Below are positions 1-9,275 of a stretch of 64,000 nucleotides of DNA, piece after piece (the first letter of the stretch is position 1; each line of letters opens with the position of its first letter). A program made the translations under genes and the position numbers. The DNA lies in IMG/VR virus record IMGVR_UViG_3300024518_000036; one strand, 5' to 3'. Origin of the DNA: an uncultured virus (IMG/VR IMGVR_UViG_3300024518_000036) (lineage: Duplodnaviria > Heunggongvirae > Uroviricota > Caudoviricetes). The notes under the pieces were generated by a model. That model made no database searches, was not told the origin of the DNA, and saw nothing but the letters and a program-made list of their open reading frames with translations.

Positions 1-639
1 CGTAGGCGAGCACGTCGAAGTAAGAAGAACCCAGCTTTGTTGCCCCGACCGGGGGTGCACCTCCAGTGGAAGGGGGGAAGGTCCGGAAGGGCCCTTTGGG
101 AACCCGAAGGTCAAACCAGGCAGAAGCCATTCATTGCCTTCTTGCACCTGTACGAAGGAGATCGCCTGATCGGCGGTGCTTCTATCCGAGAACTCCCCCG
201 GGAGGGTGCCCGTGGAAGGCGCGCAGCTCGGATCAGTGGAGTTGTGGCAGAACATGGGTGGGGACCGCTGTTGTACGATAGCGCGGCTCTGCTTGCCGGG
301 AAGCAGGGGCTGCTCCTCGTAGCGCACTCAATCGAGGCCGTGAAGATGGGCAAAACCTACACGGTCGCGAGTACAAGCCCAGAAGCACAAGGGGTTTGGG
401 AGGGCTACCTACGACGCAGTGACGTGCAGATTGTAGAGCGGCCAGCGTATCTCCCTACTTCTTCTATCGATTGGGGTATCTACCTTTCCCCGCAATCTTT
501 CGAGAAAGCATGGGGTGTGGACGCGGATCAATGGCTCTCTCACAGGAAGCCTGTATGGGCCCAGGTGCCGCATAAGGAGTGGGATACCCTGTTCGACCAG
601 CTATACCAGGGAGAAGGAAGCGGTCGGAGCTACCTGTGA
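1..639 (+). CDS. 5'-truncated ORF ending in a GNAT-like acetyltransferase domain
   Basis: Frame open from base 1 (RRRARRSKKNP...); VVAEHGWGPLLYD and STSPEAQGVW resemble acetyl-CoA-binding motifs of phage GNATs. Confidence 0.5.
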   Translation, partial: RRRARRSKKNPALLPRPGVHLQWKGGRSGRALWEPEGQTRQKPFIAFLHLYEGDRLIGGASIRELPREGARGRRAARISGVVAEHGWGPLLYDSAALLAGKQGLLLVAHSIEAVKMGKTYTVASTSPEAQGVWEGYLRRSDVQIVERPAYLPTSSIDWGIYLSPQSFEKAWGVDADQWLSHRKPVWAQVPHKEWDTLFDQLYQGEGSGRSYL

Positions 640-656
640 CGCGCACGGCTGACTGC

Positions 657-696
657 TCGCCCAATCAACAAAGGAATCGCCCAATCAACAAAGGAA
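657..696. repeat. Perfect 20-bp tandem duplication TCGCCCAATCAACAAAGGAA x2
   Basis: Read directly; intergenic, just before the RBS of ORF 709. Confidence 0.95.
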
Positions 697-708
697 AGGA
701 GTAGCCCG

Positions 709-996
709 ATGATCCCACCAGAACTGGCACTAGATGCCTTCAAAACACTCACCAAGACCTCGGCGAAGACCCACGCCATAGACCTGGCCCACGAGAACGC
801 GCCGGTGGCGGCAGATCTCGCAGCCGTACAGACCGAATACGCCAATGTGCTGGCCGCCATTGATGCCGCCACCGACACCGTACAAGTTGAGGCGGCAATT
901 ACCGCCTGGCTGGAGTGGGAGGTCCCGGCAGAGGCCCCGTCGGAGGTCCCGCCGGAGTTCGTTCCACCGGAGGCCCCGCCCGAGTTCGGAGGCTAG
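709..996 (+). CDS. Hypothetical helical protein with Pro/Glu-rich tail
   Basis: AAGGAG RBS and ATG; GC3-rich codons. Confidence 0.7.
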   Translation: MIPPELALDAFKTLTKTSAKTHAIDLAHENAPVAADLAAVQTEYANVLAAIDAATDTVQVEAAITAWLEWEVPAEAPSEVPPEFVPPEAPPEFGG

Positions 997-1211
997 CTCG
1001 GCTTCTGGCTTCCATAGCCGTCTTTCGCCCAGCCCCCTCCTTTCAGAAGAAAGGACGTGTTGTAGACCGTGACCCGCTTCATTGCGTGAGTCGCAGGGTG
1101 GAACGCTTCGCCGTGCTGACACATCGGGGGGTTGAGGTCGCGGCCCGCAATGGGCTTGTTGACGACCTCTTTGTGCCCACAGCTTTCACATATGAAGTCG
1201 TACGCGGGCAT
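993..1211 (-). CDS. FmdB-family zinc-ribbon protein
   Basis: MPxYDFxCxxCG...C..H...MKRV...FLLKGGGWAKDGY matches the FmdB pattern. Confidence 0.8.
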   Translation of the reverse strand: MPAYDFICESCGHKEVVNKPIAGRDLNPPMCQHGEAFHPATHAMKRVTVYNTSFLLKGGGWAKDGYGSQKPS

Positions 1212-1726
1212 CAGTCCTTCCCCTTGTCTTCGATCTGCAGGGCGTCGGTCGGGCCGGGCAGCAACTTGTCTCCGAGTCCCTGAATCGCGAGCAGGAGCTG
1301 ATTCGGGTCGATGCCCCCGTCCACGGCCACCTGAAGTGCCTTCACCAATACCTCGGCCTTCTCGATTTGCAAGCGGCCGGTCACTCTGACGGCTTCCAGC
1401 TCTAGTGCATCGCGGGCCTGGATCGCGTCAAGCTGAAGCCGGTCTTCCTCGACAGCCACACGACGGCGCTCGACTTCGGCCTCGGTTTCGGCTCGCTTCA
1501 GTGCTGCTTCGGCACGCGCCGAGGTGAGTTGGGCGTCACTCTCTTGACGCGCCTTCTCGATGAAGCGGCGGCCCTTTACTTCCTGAATCTGTTGGTACTG
1601 GTTGATGGCTGCGAGCTGGGTTTCTCGGTCGACCCGGTTCCCTTCGTGGTCGAAGCCGTTGGCCAGACGCATCAACTCGTTGACCATCTGCCGGTCTTCC
1701 TGTCCTGGTTTCGTCCAAATTGCCAT
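1211..1726 (-). CDS. Coiled-coil hypothetical protein
   Basis: Charged helical ORF, coupled to 993-1211; TAGACT -10 box 6 nt before ATG. Confidence 0.75.
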   Translation of the reverse strand: MAIWTKPGQEDRQMVNELMRLANGFDHEGNRVDRETQLAAINQYQQIQEVKGRRFIEKARQESDAQLTSARAEAALKRAETEAEVERRRVAVEEDRLQLDAIQARDALELEAVRVTGRLQIEKAEVLVKALQVAVDGGIDPNQLLLAIQGLGDKLLPGPTDALQIEDKGKD

Positions 1727-1744
1727 GAGCTAAGTCTATCGTGA

Positions 1745-1800
1745 GTAGCACTCGAAGTCAGCTCAACGGCTGGCCTCGGAAAGGAGCTGCGGGCTACTCT
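1745..1800 (+). promoter_or_regulatory. GTAGCACTCG box plus -10 (TACTCT), probably leaderless SOD promoter
   Basis: Box 1745-1754; -10 at 1795-1800; ATG at 1806. Confidence 0.55.
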
Positions 1801-1805
1801 CCCGC

Positions 1806-2372
1806 ATGGCCAAGCTGAAGCCGCTTCCTTATTCGACCAATGCCCTGGAGCCGACTCTGGGCGCTGAGTCCGTGGAGATTCACCACGGAACGCTTCAAGC
1901 CAAGTACGTGAAGAACTGGAACAAGGGGATCGCGGCACGGCCCCACAGCCGTAAGGACTATGAAAACCTGGCTTTCAACGGTGCCGGGATCATCTTGCAC
2001 GAGATGTACTGGGAGAACCTCATGCCCGTTGGGGAGTCGCCGCTCCCTTCTCCCCAGTTCCTTTCCTGCGTCCAGCGATGCTTCGGTTCACTCCAGACCC
2101 TCGTGGACCAGATGGCCGGCATCGGCACCGTTATCCAGGGCTCAGGCTGGATCGTCCTGGCCTGGATCCCCCGATTCGAGCGTATGGTGCTGCTACCGAT
2201 CCGCAATCACCAGAACGGGTGGATCCCCGGTGCTGTTCCCCTGCTCGTCATCGATGTCTGGGCACATTCGTATTACCTGGACTACCAAGCAGCACGGAAC
2301 CGCTACCTTCAGTTGCTCTGGCACAACGTGAACTGGGGCGTCGTGAGTTCACGCTATGCAGAGGCAGTATGA
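1806..2372 (+). CDS. Fe/Mn superoxide dismutase family protein (variant)
   Basis: LPYxxNALEP, HH...YV, LHEMYW, QGSGW, DVWAHSYYLDY motifs. Confidence 0.9.
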   Translation: MAKLKPLPYSTNALEPTLGAESVEIHHGTLQAKYVKNWNKGIAARPHSRKDYENLAFNGAGIILHEMYWENLMPVGESPLPSPQFLSCVQRCFGSLQTLVDQMAGIGTVIQGSGWIVLAWIPRFERMVLLPIRNHQNGWIPGAVPLLVIDVWAHSYYLDYQAARNRYLQLLWHNVNWGVVSSRYAEAV

Positions 2373-2376
2373 GGCG

Positions 2377-2459
2377 GATCTGGCTCTGTGGCACTCGACC
2401 ACTTCGTGGCACCCGATTAGCCCTTAGCGGGTGCTCCCCTTCGGGAAGAAGGCTAAGAT
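2377..2459 (+). promoter_or_regulatory. Promoter with GTGGCAC boxes; includes a 22-bp repeat shared with 3050-3071
   Basis: GATCTGGCTCTGTGGCACTCGA at 2377-2398; second box at 2406; inverted copy at 2428-2436; TAAGAT at 2454-2459. Confidence 0.6.
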
Positions 2460-2480
2460 CGGTCGAAAAGGAGCTAACTC

Positions 2481-2936
2481 ATGGCTGGTAGACCCCGACG
2501 GCGTGCACGACTGAACGCCAAGTCCCGTGCACGTCTAATAGGAGAACAAGAAGCAATTGGGGGGTCACGGCGTTTCAAACCTCCTCGCTATTCCATATGG
2601 GTGCTGCGAGATGTAGCGTCCGAGAAGAAGCATCCCGGGACTTTCCTCGTCTTCTCGAACCACCCGGCCCTACATGAGCTGCGCCCACGAGGCCTACACC
2701 CTCGTCATGCCGACTACAACAAAATCGGGTGGTTTGCTGCGCACAGTCAGGACCAGGCCGAGCAAGTGCTAGGCGCAATGACAGCGACACTTCATTTCTA
2801 CGAAACCTTTGAGGACGGGGAAATTCCAACCTACGATGTGACCGTCTACGTTGGTGGTGACCCCGGAACGCCTTTGGGGGGGCAGTTCCGTCAGAGCTTG
2901 AATGAAGTGATTCGAGGTTACGGTGAGTTGGGGTAA
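2481..2936 (+). CDS. Hypothetical protein with Arg-rich N-terminus
   Basis: AAGGAG RBS; upstream promoter motif. Confidence 0.7.
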   Translation: MAGRPRRRARLNAKSRARLIGEQEAIGGSRRFKPPRYSIWVLRDVASEKKHPGTFLVFSNHPALHELRPRGLHPRHADYNKIGWFAAHSQDQAEQVLGAMTATLHFYETFEDGEIPTYDVTVYVGGDPGTPLGGQFRQSLNEVIRGYGELG

Positions 2937-3049
2937 GAACTGGGGAGACAATGGGACAGCGTGGATTCACTGGGACGATCTCTCCTACTTGCTTAAGGAG
3001 GGCGGAGAGGCTTGCATCCCGACTGAGAGGCATCGTCCTCCTCGGCCCT

Positions 3050-3115
3050 GATCTGGCTCTGTGGCACTCGATGTGATGTGAATCCCTGTCCTCCTGGGCC
3101 CAACAGAGGTAGCTT
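3050..3115 (+). promoter_or_regulatory. 22-bp repeat copy with GTGGCACTCG box plus -10 (TAGCTT)
   Basis: Identical to 2377-2398; -10 at 3110-3115. Confidence 0.6.
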
Positions 3116-3138
3116 CGAGAAGCAACTTGAGGCACAAC

Positions 3139-3714
3139 ATGGCTTACACCATCGACATTTCGGAAGCACCTGGCGGTACTTACACCAAAGTCAAGAAGCT
3201 GCTCGTCGAGCTGGCCGGGACCTGGGACTACGAGAAGCCGGTGTTTACTTTCACTGCGGAAGACGATGATGCTGCTTCCTTAGCCGAAGACCTCGAAGAT
3301 CTGGGGGTGTTCATGACTGCTCCAGAGGCTTCAGCGGCGCCCGAGCCCGCTCCGGCGCCGGAGCCGGAGCCGGAACCCGCTGCCCCAGAACCTCTCCCGG
3401 TGGCAGCACCCCCGGAGCCGGAGCCAGAGCCAGAGCCAACTCCTGTCCCTCCCCCGATGGAGTCTGCACCTGCGCTGGCTCCGGCTCCCCCTCCTCCCCC
3501 CGCTCCTGTAAACGTCGTCGGGGCCATGTTCACCGTGGTCTACCACGGCCGTTGTTTGGAGAAAGGAACTGTCGGGAAGCGGCCTGTCAGGCGCGTAGGT
3601 CGGAGTCGGGTGCCTCAGGAGACAACGCTGGAGCAGATCGCTGCTGGCTTCTCGAAGACCGTAACTGTGGAGGCGTACCGCAACGGTGAGAAGATCGCCA
3701 CATTCACGGGCTGA
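3139..3714 (+). CDS. Hypothetical protein, two small domains joined by a Pro/Glu/Ala linker
   Basis: GAGG RBS, ATG 3139; PEPEP low-complexity linker. Confidence 0.75.
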   Translation: MAYTIDISEAPGGTYTKVKKLLVELAGTWDYEKPVFTFTAEDDDAASLAEDLEDLGVFMTAPEASAAPEPAPAPEPEPEPAAPEPLPVAAPPEPEPEPEPTPVPPPMESAPALAPAPPPPPAPVNVVGAMFTVVYHGRCLEKGTVGKRPVRRVGRSRVPQETTLEQIAAGFSKTVTVEAYRNGEKIATFTG

Positions 3715-5705
3715 TGTCGTACGGGCGGCAGGCCAACGTCGTCCTGGTCTTCGATCCGACAGGGAGAGTCCTCTCCCTTCGCCGAGGCCCCACAGACCCG
3801 TGGAGGCCAGGCTACTGGAACTTTCCTGGTGGCCGCCGAGAGAAGAGTGACAAGAGTGCCCAAGAAGGCGCTGCCCGTGAGCTTCGTGAGGAGTCGGGAA
3901 TCTACATCGACCCTCGCCACCTCAACTGGGCCTTCTCGTTTCGGAAGTTCCCCGGGCTGGTCAACGTCTTCTGGGTGAAACTGCCTCACCGTCCGGAGGT
4001 GAGCCATCCTGACAGGGAACATGATGCTCACCAGTGGTCTTGGCTGTGGGAGATTCCTCAGCCTACAATCCCCAACATCCGGTACATTGCCGAGCAGGTG
4101 ACGGGGAAGACTTGGAACCTGGCGCCAGTTGGTAGCACTCCGTCTGACCTCGGCTCCCTTTACGGGACGACCAGAACAGGCGAAACTCTCTCTGGAGGTC
4201 GAAGCATGTCTGCCCGTTGGAACAAAAGCGACTACCTCGCCTACTGGCCGAAGTACCAGCCTTTCCCCTACGCCCTCAAGCGGGGAATGAGACCAGTGCC
4301 GAACGTCAACTCGGTGGATTGGCCACAGGCGCAGTTCGCCCCTATGTACCTGCCCCCTGGGAGCCCGTCTTTTCAGCCGTACTCTTATCGCAAGAACGAC
4401 GTGCCGCTGACGGCCCAAGAACTTCACTACACGGTCACCAACTACGGTCCTTACCGCCAATCTGGCGTCGGGCGCGGTGGAGATCTTGCCCGCTTGCCTC
4501 TCGGCTATGGAGCTGCTATGCGCAACCCCCGACGACTCTGCCCACCTTCCGCCCCAGGGGTCAACACCGTCCTTCCGTCTGGGGATCATGCTTCGAGTGG
4601 TCTCGGCAAAGCCAAGCTGCGCAAGATCGGGCGCCTCATTCGACGCCTCAAGGCCAAGAGTCCACGTACACGGAAGCAGAACCGCCGGCTCGCTCGGTTG
4701 ATGCTCATGTACCGGGCTCTTCGCGCAGAACTGGACACCTCAGTTCCGACCGACTTCGAGCAGAAGCACCGGCGCCGCAGGGCCAGGACCGCTGCTCGGG
4801 GTCACTTCCGCAAGGCAAGAGGGCGTCGGGCTCGTAGACGCACGGGAAACAAGGTGCAGAATCTGGTGACGCAGCAAGCGCTGGACGTGGAAGCCGCAGG
4901 CGTTGTTGCAGCACCTTCTCTGGCGCTTCCGATGACCGTCACCCAGTACGGTCTCCAGGCTCCTGCGGTCCAGCAGGGCTGGATCACTACCTCCACACCC
5001 ATCGCCTCTGGCATTCCTTCAACCACACCAGCTGTACCGCCCCCCTCCAGCATGGGTTTGCCCGCGAAGGGTTTCAACCTTGGGGATGGCTTTGCCTACG
5101 AGCTGGCTCCGCTTCAGGCCATGGCTCCGTACGGTGAATATGGCGATCTGGCGCTGGAGAATCCCTTCTGGGACACCTTCACGAGGAAAGGCCGGGCGAA
5201 AAGCCGGGCGAGAAGGGCGGCGAAGTCCTCGACCGCTACGCTGAAGAAGCAGCTCTTCGCTCTCTTGACCAAGAAGCCCCTTTTTGGGAAGAAGAGGATC
5301 ATCACAGCAGACGAGCTGTCGGGGAGCAGGCGCAGGAAGTTCGATTCCATCCTGTACCTGCTCGGCAGAAAGGGCTACCGCCTTCAGCGGCGTGCGGGCA
5401 GGCTGCCCAAGCTCGTAAAGCAGGAAAGAACACGAAAGGAGCGGGGTACGCGTACATGGGACCAGGCCACCTCTCACTGGGACCAGCCGTCAGGGGACAA
5501 GGGGGGTCCATTGGATCGGTCAGTGTCGACCGCCGACTATCTGTACGGTGACTCGGCTCTGGAGAATCCCTGCGGCTGTGACGGCAAGGCTCGCCGCAAC
5601 ATCGGCATCACCAGCGACGCAGGAATCGGTGCTGGCGCCCTGCTGACGATGGCAGTCTTTACCGGAGTGGCTCTCTACATGATCAACATCGACGGCACTC
5701 CCTAG
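3714..5705 (+). CDS. Nudix hydrolase domain fused to a basic, C-terminally membrane-anchored protein
   Basis: Nudix box GGRREKSDKSAQEGAARELREESGI; Arg/Lys-rich segments; GDLALENP/GDSALENP; C-terminal TM. Confidence 0.8.
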   Translation: MSYGRQANVVLVFDPTGRVLSLRRGPTDPWRPGYWNFPGGRREKSDKSAQEGAARELREESGIYIDPRHLNWAFSFRKFPGLVNVFWVKLPHRPEVSHPDREHDAHQWSWLWEIPQPTIPNIRYIAEQVTGKTWNLAPVGSTPSDLGSLYGTTRTGETLSGGRSMSARWNKSDYLAYWPKYQPFPYALKRGMRPVPNVNSVDWPQAQFAPMYLPPGSPSFQPYSYRKNDVPLTAQELHYTVTNYGPYRQSGVGRGGDLARLPLGYGAAMRNPRRLCPPSAPGVNTVLPSGDHASSGLGKAKLRKIGRLIRRLKAKSPRTRKQNRRLARLMLMYRALRAELDTSVPTDFEQKHRRRRARTAARGHFRKARGRRARRRTGNKVQNLVTQQALDVEAAGVVAAPSLALPMTVTQYGLQAPAVQQGWITTSTPIASGIPSTTPAVPPPSSMGLPAKGFNLGDGFAYELAPLQAMAPYGEYGDLALENPFWDTFTRKGRAKSRARRAAKSSTATLKKQLFALLTKKPLFGKKRIITADELSGSRRRKFDSILYLLGRKGYRLQRRAGRLPKLVKQERTRKERGTRTWDQATSHWDQPSGDKGGPLDRSVSTADYLYGDSALENPCGCDGKARRNIGITSDAGIGAGALLTMAVFTGVALYMINIDGTP

Positions 5706-5707
5706 AA

Positions 5708-5923
5708 GTGAGGATCAACCCGCGAGCCCAGAAGAACACGCTGCTTCTGCTTGGAGCAGCAGTCGCTGGGCCTGCGTTGATTGTCGCCGGGGCTGGCTAT
5801 CCAGGGACGTGGGCATCGAAGGGCTTCCTCGTGCTTACGGGCATCGGTCTGATGGGGACGACGTACTACTACTTCGACACCGACGTCCGGGCGCTCCTTT
5901 CTGCGCCCAAGCCGACTGCATGA
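5708..5923 (+). CDS. Small two-TM membrane protein
   Basis: Two hydrophobic segments; starts RINP. Confidence 0.7.
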   Translation: MRINPRAQKNTLLLLGAAVAGPALIVAGAGYPGTWASKGFLVLTGIGLMGTTYYYFDTDVRALLSAPKPTA

Positions 5924-5935
5924 GGGGGGAGGCTC

Positions 5936-6376
5936 GTGAGCTTCGGAGAATTGGTCAACCAGCGGTGGGCTGAAGCGCAGTATCGACTGGGCTTGCCTCC
6001 TGGTGCGCTCCGTCTCACGTGGGAAGTCAGCAACAGCCACCCACACTTCAAGAAGAAGCGCGGCTACGCCGTCTGCTACTTCAGGGGCGGCAACCACTGC
6101 CACCTGAAGTTCGCTCCGAAGATCCAGCAAGCCCCAACGCACCGGGCCGATGCCATCTTGCGCCATGAACTGGGGCATGCTCTCGACTTCCTGATACCAA
6201 AGCACTCGCTGGATCAATGGGCTGCAAAACAGGGGGTTCGCCTTCCTCATACGGACGAGAGAAGAGCAGATGCCCTTGCTCTGGCCGTGTGGAGAGAGCC
6301 TATTCGCTACGACCATCAGATGGTGCAGTCCACTCAGCACGGGCAGGATGTCCGACCCCTACGCTTGGGGCTGTGA
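5936..6376 (+). CDS. HExxH zincin-like metallopeptidase (paralog of 27624-28112)
   Basis: LRHELGH...ERRADALA. Confidence 0.7.
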   Translation: MSFGELVNQRWAEAQYRLGLPPGALRLTWEVSNSHPHFKKKRGYAVCYFRGGNHCHLKFAPKIQQAPTHRADAILRHELGHALDFLIPKHSLDQWAAKQGVRLPHTDERRADALALAVWREPIRYDHQMVQSTQHGQDVRPLRLGL

Positions 6377-6609
6377 TGGCGAAACGGAATCCCAACATCA
6401 TCGAGTACATTCTCCCCGCCGACAAGCCAAAGGCGGACGGGGACTTCATCGAGTTCTACACCCAGTTCAACCTCATGCTGACGCCTGTAGCCTTCGGAGT
6501 GAGCTACTACCGCAACCAGTCGCTCAAGTGGGCCTTCATCCACACGCTGCTGGCCGCTCCCTACGTTGCCTACGTCCTCGTTGATGTTCTTGCCAAGGAA
6601 GACTCATGA
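6376..6609 (+). CDS. Small membrane protein
   Basis: TGATG overlap start; MAKRNP; SYYRNQSLKWAFIH followed by a hydrophobic segment. Confidence 0.7.
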   Translation: MAKRNPNIIEYILPADKPKADGDFIEFYTQFNLMLTPVAFGVSYYRNQSLKWAFIHTLLAAPYVAYVLVDVLAKEDS

Positions 6610-7406
6610 GTGGCCGCTTCGACCAGCGCTTGGTGCAACAGGGTCTTCTTCCCTCGACGAGGGCGAAGTACAAGGAGATCATCGACTCGGCTGGCGACAC
6701 CCCTCTCCTTTCTTGGGTGCGGTCCAAGGTGCACGCCCGTACTCCAATTGGCACCATCTTGCCCATGCGGGCTGCGGTGAAGCACTACCTGATTGCGGAG
6801 ATGGGGTACACCGAGGATGAAATCAAGGGGCTCCTTCCGAAGGCGAAAGGGCGTCCGGCTGCTTTGCGTGATGCCCTTTCCCCAACGCAGCTCGCTCAGT
6901 ACCACGCTGCCGTGGAGCAGGTGGATAGGGAACCGGCGCACACGATCCTCACTTTGCTGCCAATGACGGGGCTCCGAATCAGCGAGATCTGCGGGCTGCG
7001 CCTGAACAACATCCGAAACTACGACGGCCGACCCATCTTGGTGTTTCACGGGAAAGGGGACAAGCCTCGCACCATTCCTCTCGGTCGGTCCGGTAAGAGG
7101 GCCCTCGATGGCTACCTGGAGCGGGAGAAGCCGACGGACTGGCTCTTTCTCACCTACAACTACACCGGGCCGATTGGGCCACCTGCAATCCGCAAGTACA
7201 CGAGGAAGATCGCCCAGGACTACCCCAGCCTGGCAGGTCTCTCCCCCCACGTCCTTCGTCACACATTCGCCACGATGGCGCTTCGGAACGGCATGGACCT
7301 CGCCCGGTTACAAATCATCCTCGGCCACAAGAGCATTGAGACCACTCGCCGCTACCTGCACCCCACCGTAGGCGATTTGCAGGACGCGATGGACAAGATG
7401 CCGTAG
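6606..7406 (+). CDS. Tyrosine recombinase (XerC/D-like integrase/resolvase)
   Basis: Full catalytic set: TGLRISE, GKGDKPR, HVLRH, LGHKSIETTRRY. Confidence 0.95.
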   Translation: MSGRFDQRLVQQGLLPSTRAKYKEIIDSAGDTPLLSWVRSKVHARTPIGTILPMRAAVKHYLIAEMGYTEDEIKGLLPKAKGRPAALRDALSPTQLAQYHAAVEQVDREPAHTILTLLPMTGLRISEICGLRLNNIRNYDGRPILVFHGKGDKPRTIPLGRSGKRALDGYLEREKPTDWLFLTYNYTGPIGPPAIRKYTRKIAQDYPSLAGLSPHVLRHTFATMALRNGMDLARLQIILGHKSIETTRRYLHPTVGDLQDAMDKMP

Positions 7407-7414
7407 GAGAATCC

Positions 7415-8293
7415 ATGTCCTCTGTTACACACAACATCCGCTACTGGGGCGACTCCATCGAGGCGCTCGCAAATGACATCGGTGTGGAAGTCGCTGCTCT
7501 TCACGCCATCGCAGCCGTGGAAGTCGGGGCCATCCAGTCAGTTGATGATGGGCTTCCCACTATCCGGTTCGAGGTTCATGTCTGCCTGAAGCGAACGCGG
7601 AAGGATATGTCCGGCGTGATCAAGTTGGAGAACAGCCCGCCGTTAGATGCTTGGAACAAGGATGCGCAGTGGTACTACAGCCAGAGCCGATGGGTCCGTG
7701 TTCACAGCGGGGCGCAAAGGGATGAGTGGGCTGCCTTGGCAGCTGCCTCCAAGGTCGACGGGGCGGCCGCGTTGGAAAGCGCCAGCTATGGCGTCGGGCA
7801 GCTCATGGGCTTCCACTGGATGCTGATCGGGTGCGTGAGCCCCCAAGCAATGGTGGCAGAGGCTACAGAAGGAGTCCCGGCTCAGCTTGGCCAATGGGGA
7901 CGGTTTCTCACCAACGAGCAGGACGGCAAGCTGATCACCGCGATGAACAACCACGACTGGGAGGGGTTCACCCGCATCTACAACGGTTCTGGTCAAGTCG
8001 ACTACTACTCCAGTCGCATGGAGCAGATGTACAACGAAGCTGTTGAAGCACTCGAATCCGGGATGACAGAGGAAGACCACGATCAGGCAGACCTCAGCAC
8101 TTGGGAGGCCCGGCAGGAAGCTCTGGTCACTCTCGGCTACGACCCCGGTCCCGTCGATGGTGCCTTTGGGCCCAGCACCAAGTCTGCTCTCCAGGAGTTC
8201 CAGGCAGACCAGGGGCTCACAGCGGACGGGGTCTGGGGCCCGAAGACTGAGAAGGCCATGGACGAAGCTCTCGAAGCAGCTAGCAGCGCTTGA
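7415..8293 (+). CDS. Endolysin: N-acetylmuramidase (DUF3380-like) plus PG_binding_1 domain
   Basis: AIAAVE, IRFEVH, ALESASYGVGQLMGFHW, FTRIYNG; C-terminal LGYDPGPVDGAFGPST...FQ...GLTADGVWGPKT. Confidence 0.9.
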   Translation: MSSVTHNIRYWGDSIEALANDIGVEVAALHAIAAVEVGAIQSVDDGLPTIRFEVHVCLKRTRKDMSGVIKLENSPPLDAWNKDAQWYYSQSRWVRVHSGAQRDEWAALAAASKVDGAAALESASYGVGQLMGFHWMLIGCVSPQAMVAEATEGVPAQLGQWGRFLTNEQDGKLITAMNNHDWEGFTRIYNGSGQVDYYSSRMEQMYNEAVEALESGMTEEDHDQADLSTWEARQEALVTLGYDPGPVDGAFGPSTKSALQEFQADQGLTADGVWGPKTEKAMDEALEAASSA

Positions 8294-8378
8294 CGTGTGC
8301 AGATCAGCCTGCTGAGCTATACTGAAGACCAGTGAGAGCGTCCTTGCGGCGCAACTCGTGGGAGTTGAGGGTTTTTGG

Positions 8379-8408
8379 CCCCCTGAGCCCTGGGGAGGGT
8401 TCAGGGGG
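8379..8408. terminator. Strong hairpin between convergent genes
   Basis: CCCCCTGAGCCCT-GGGG-AGGGTTCAGGGGG, 13-bp stem. Confidence 0.65.
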
Positions 8409-8426
8409 TCATCGCCTTCCCTTCGC

Positions 8427-8873
8427 TCAGCTTCCCTTCTCTTGACTCTTTCGCCACTCTTCCAGAGCGATAAGACGGGCGATCAGGTCCTTCAGATCTC
8501 TCTCCTGATCCTCGTCCTTCTTGTCGATCACCTTGAGCTTGTCCCGGGTGATCTGCTTGAACTCATCGAGATCGGCTTTGTGTCCGGCCAGGATGTCTCT
8601 GGCTTGAGCCCTGGCTGTCTCAACTTCGTCCTTAGCGATGCCCATCATGGTGGCTGTACCCACGGCTCGCTCTTCAGTGGGCTTGGCCGGACTGGGCGTA
8701 GCTGGAGCCTTCTTCTTCCCCAGGTTGACCATGTACTGCATCGCCAGCCGGTAGCCGCCTACAAGTAGGACAATGAGGAGGATGAAGAAGCCGCCGGCAA
8801 TGCCCAGCTCTCCCATTGCTATTCCAATACCTTCGCTGACTTCTTCCATGACGGGTGGCTCCTCTGACCCCAA
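8427..8873 (-). CDS. Single-TM protein with coiled coil (holin-like candidate)
   Basis: N-terminal hydrophobic helix; next to the endolysin; start uncertain. Confidence 0.55.
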   Translation of the reverse strand: MGSEEPPVMEEVSEGIGIAMGELGIAGGFFILLIVLLVGGYRLAMQYMVNLGKKKAPATPSPAKPTEERAVGTATMMGIAKDEVETARAQARDILAGHKADLDEFKQITRDKLKVIDKKDEDQERDLKDLIARLIALEEWRKSQEKGS

Positions 8874-8874
8874 G

Positions 8875-9261
8875 CTAAGCTTCGGGAAACAGAATCGGGA
8901 AGGTGATGAACTGCTTGGGGGTGTACTTTTCCCGGTAGTAAGGACACCACTCCGGCCAGGCCAGTAAGGCCAGCTCTATGGCGAATTGGGCGGCCTCGTT
9001 CTCCTGCGGGGTGTTGAGTTCGAGTTCCTCGCCCTCGGCACCGTCTTCCTCTTCGCGCTCAACGATGAAGAGGCCACCACCGAACTCGCGGTAGACGGTG
9101 ACCCACTTCTCCGAGTTGATGATGGCTACGAGGTCGTTCGGGGAGAGGACGTGGTCGTAACGAGCTATCGAGACGCCGACCGCTTCTTCCGAAAGGAGGG
9201 CTACTGCAATCTGTCCTCTTGCATCGATGACCATGCCTGGGATCGCGTTGACTCCTTTCAT
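8875..9261 (-). CDS. Hypothetical acidic protein
   Basis: GGAGG RBS; TAGACT -10 upstream. Confidence 0.7.
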   Translation of the reverse strand: MKGVNAIPGMVIDARGQIAVALLSEEAVGVSIARYDHVLSPNDLVAIINSEKWVTVYREFGGGLFIVEREEEDGAEGEELELNTPQENEAAQFAIELALLAWPEWCPYYREKYTPKQFITFPILFPEA

Positions 9262-9275
9262 GTTTCCTCCCAGTC

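Noticed and set aside
2389..3075. TGGCAC as a sigma54 -24 box
   Set aside because: No TTGC at the -12 position, and most copies read TAGCAC
6606..8420. att site or tRNA target next to the recombinase
   Set aside because: No tRNA or flanking direct repeat seen; viral-type genes continue on both sides
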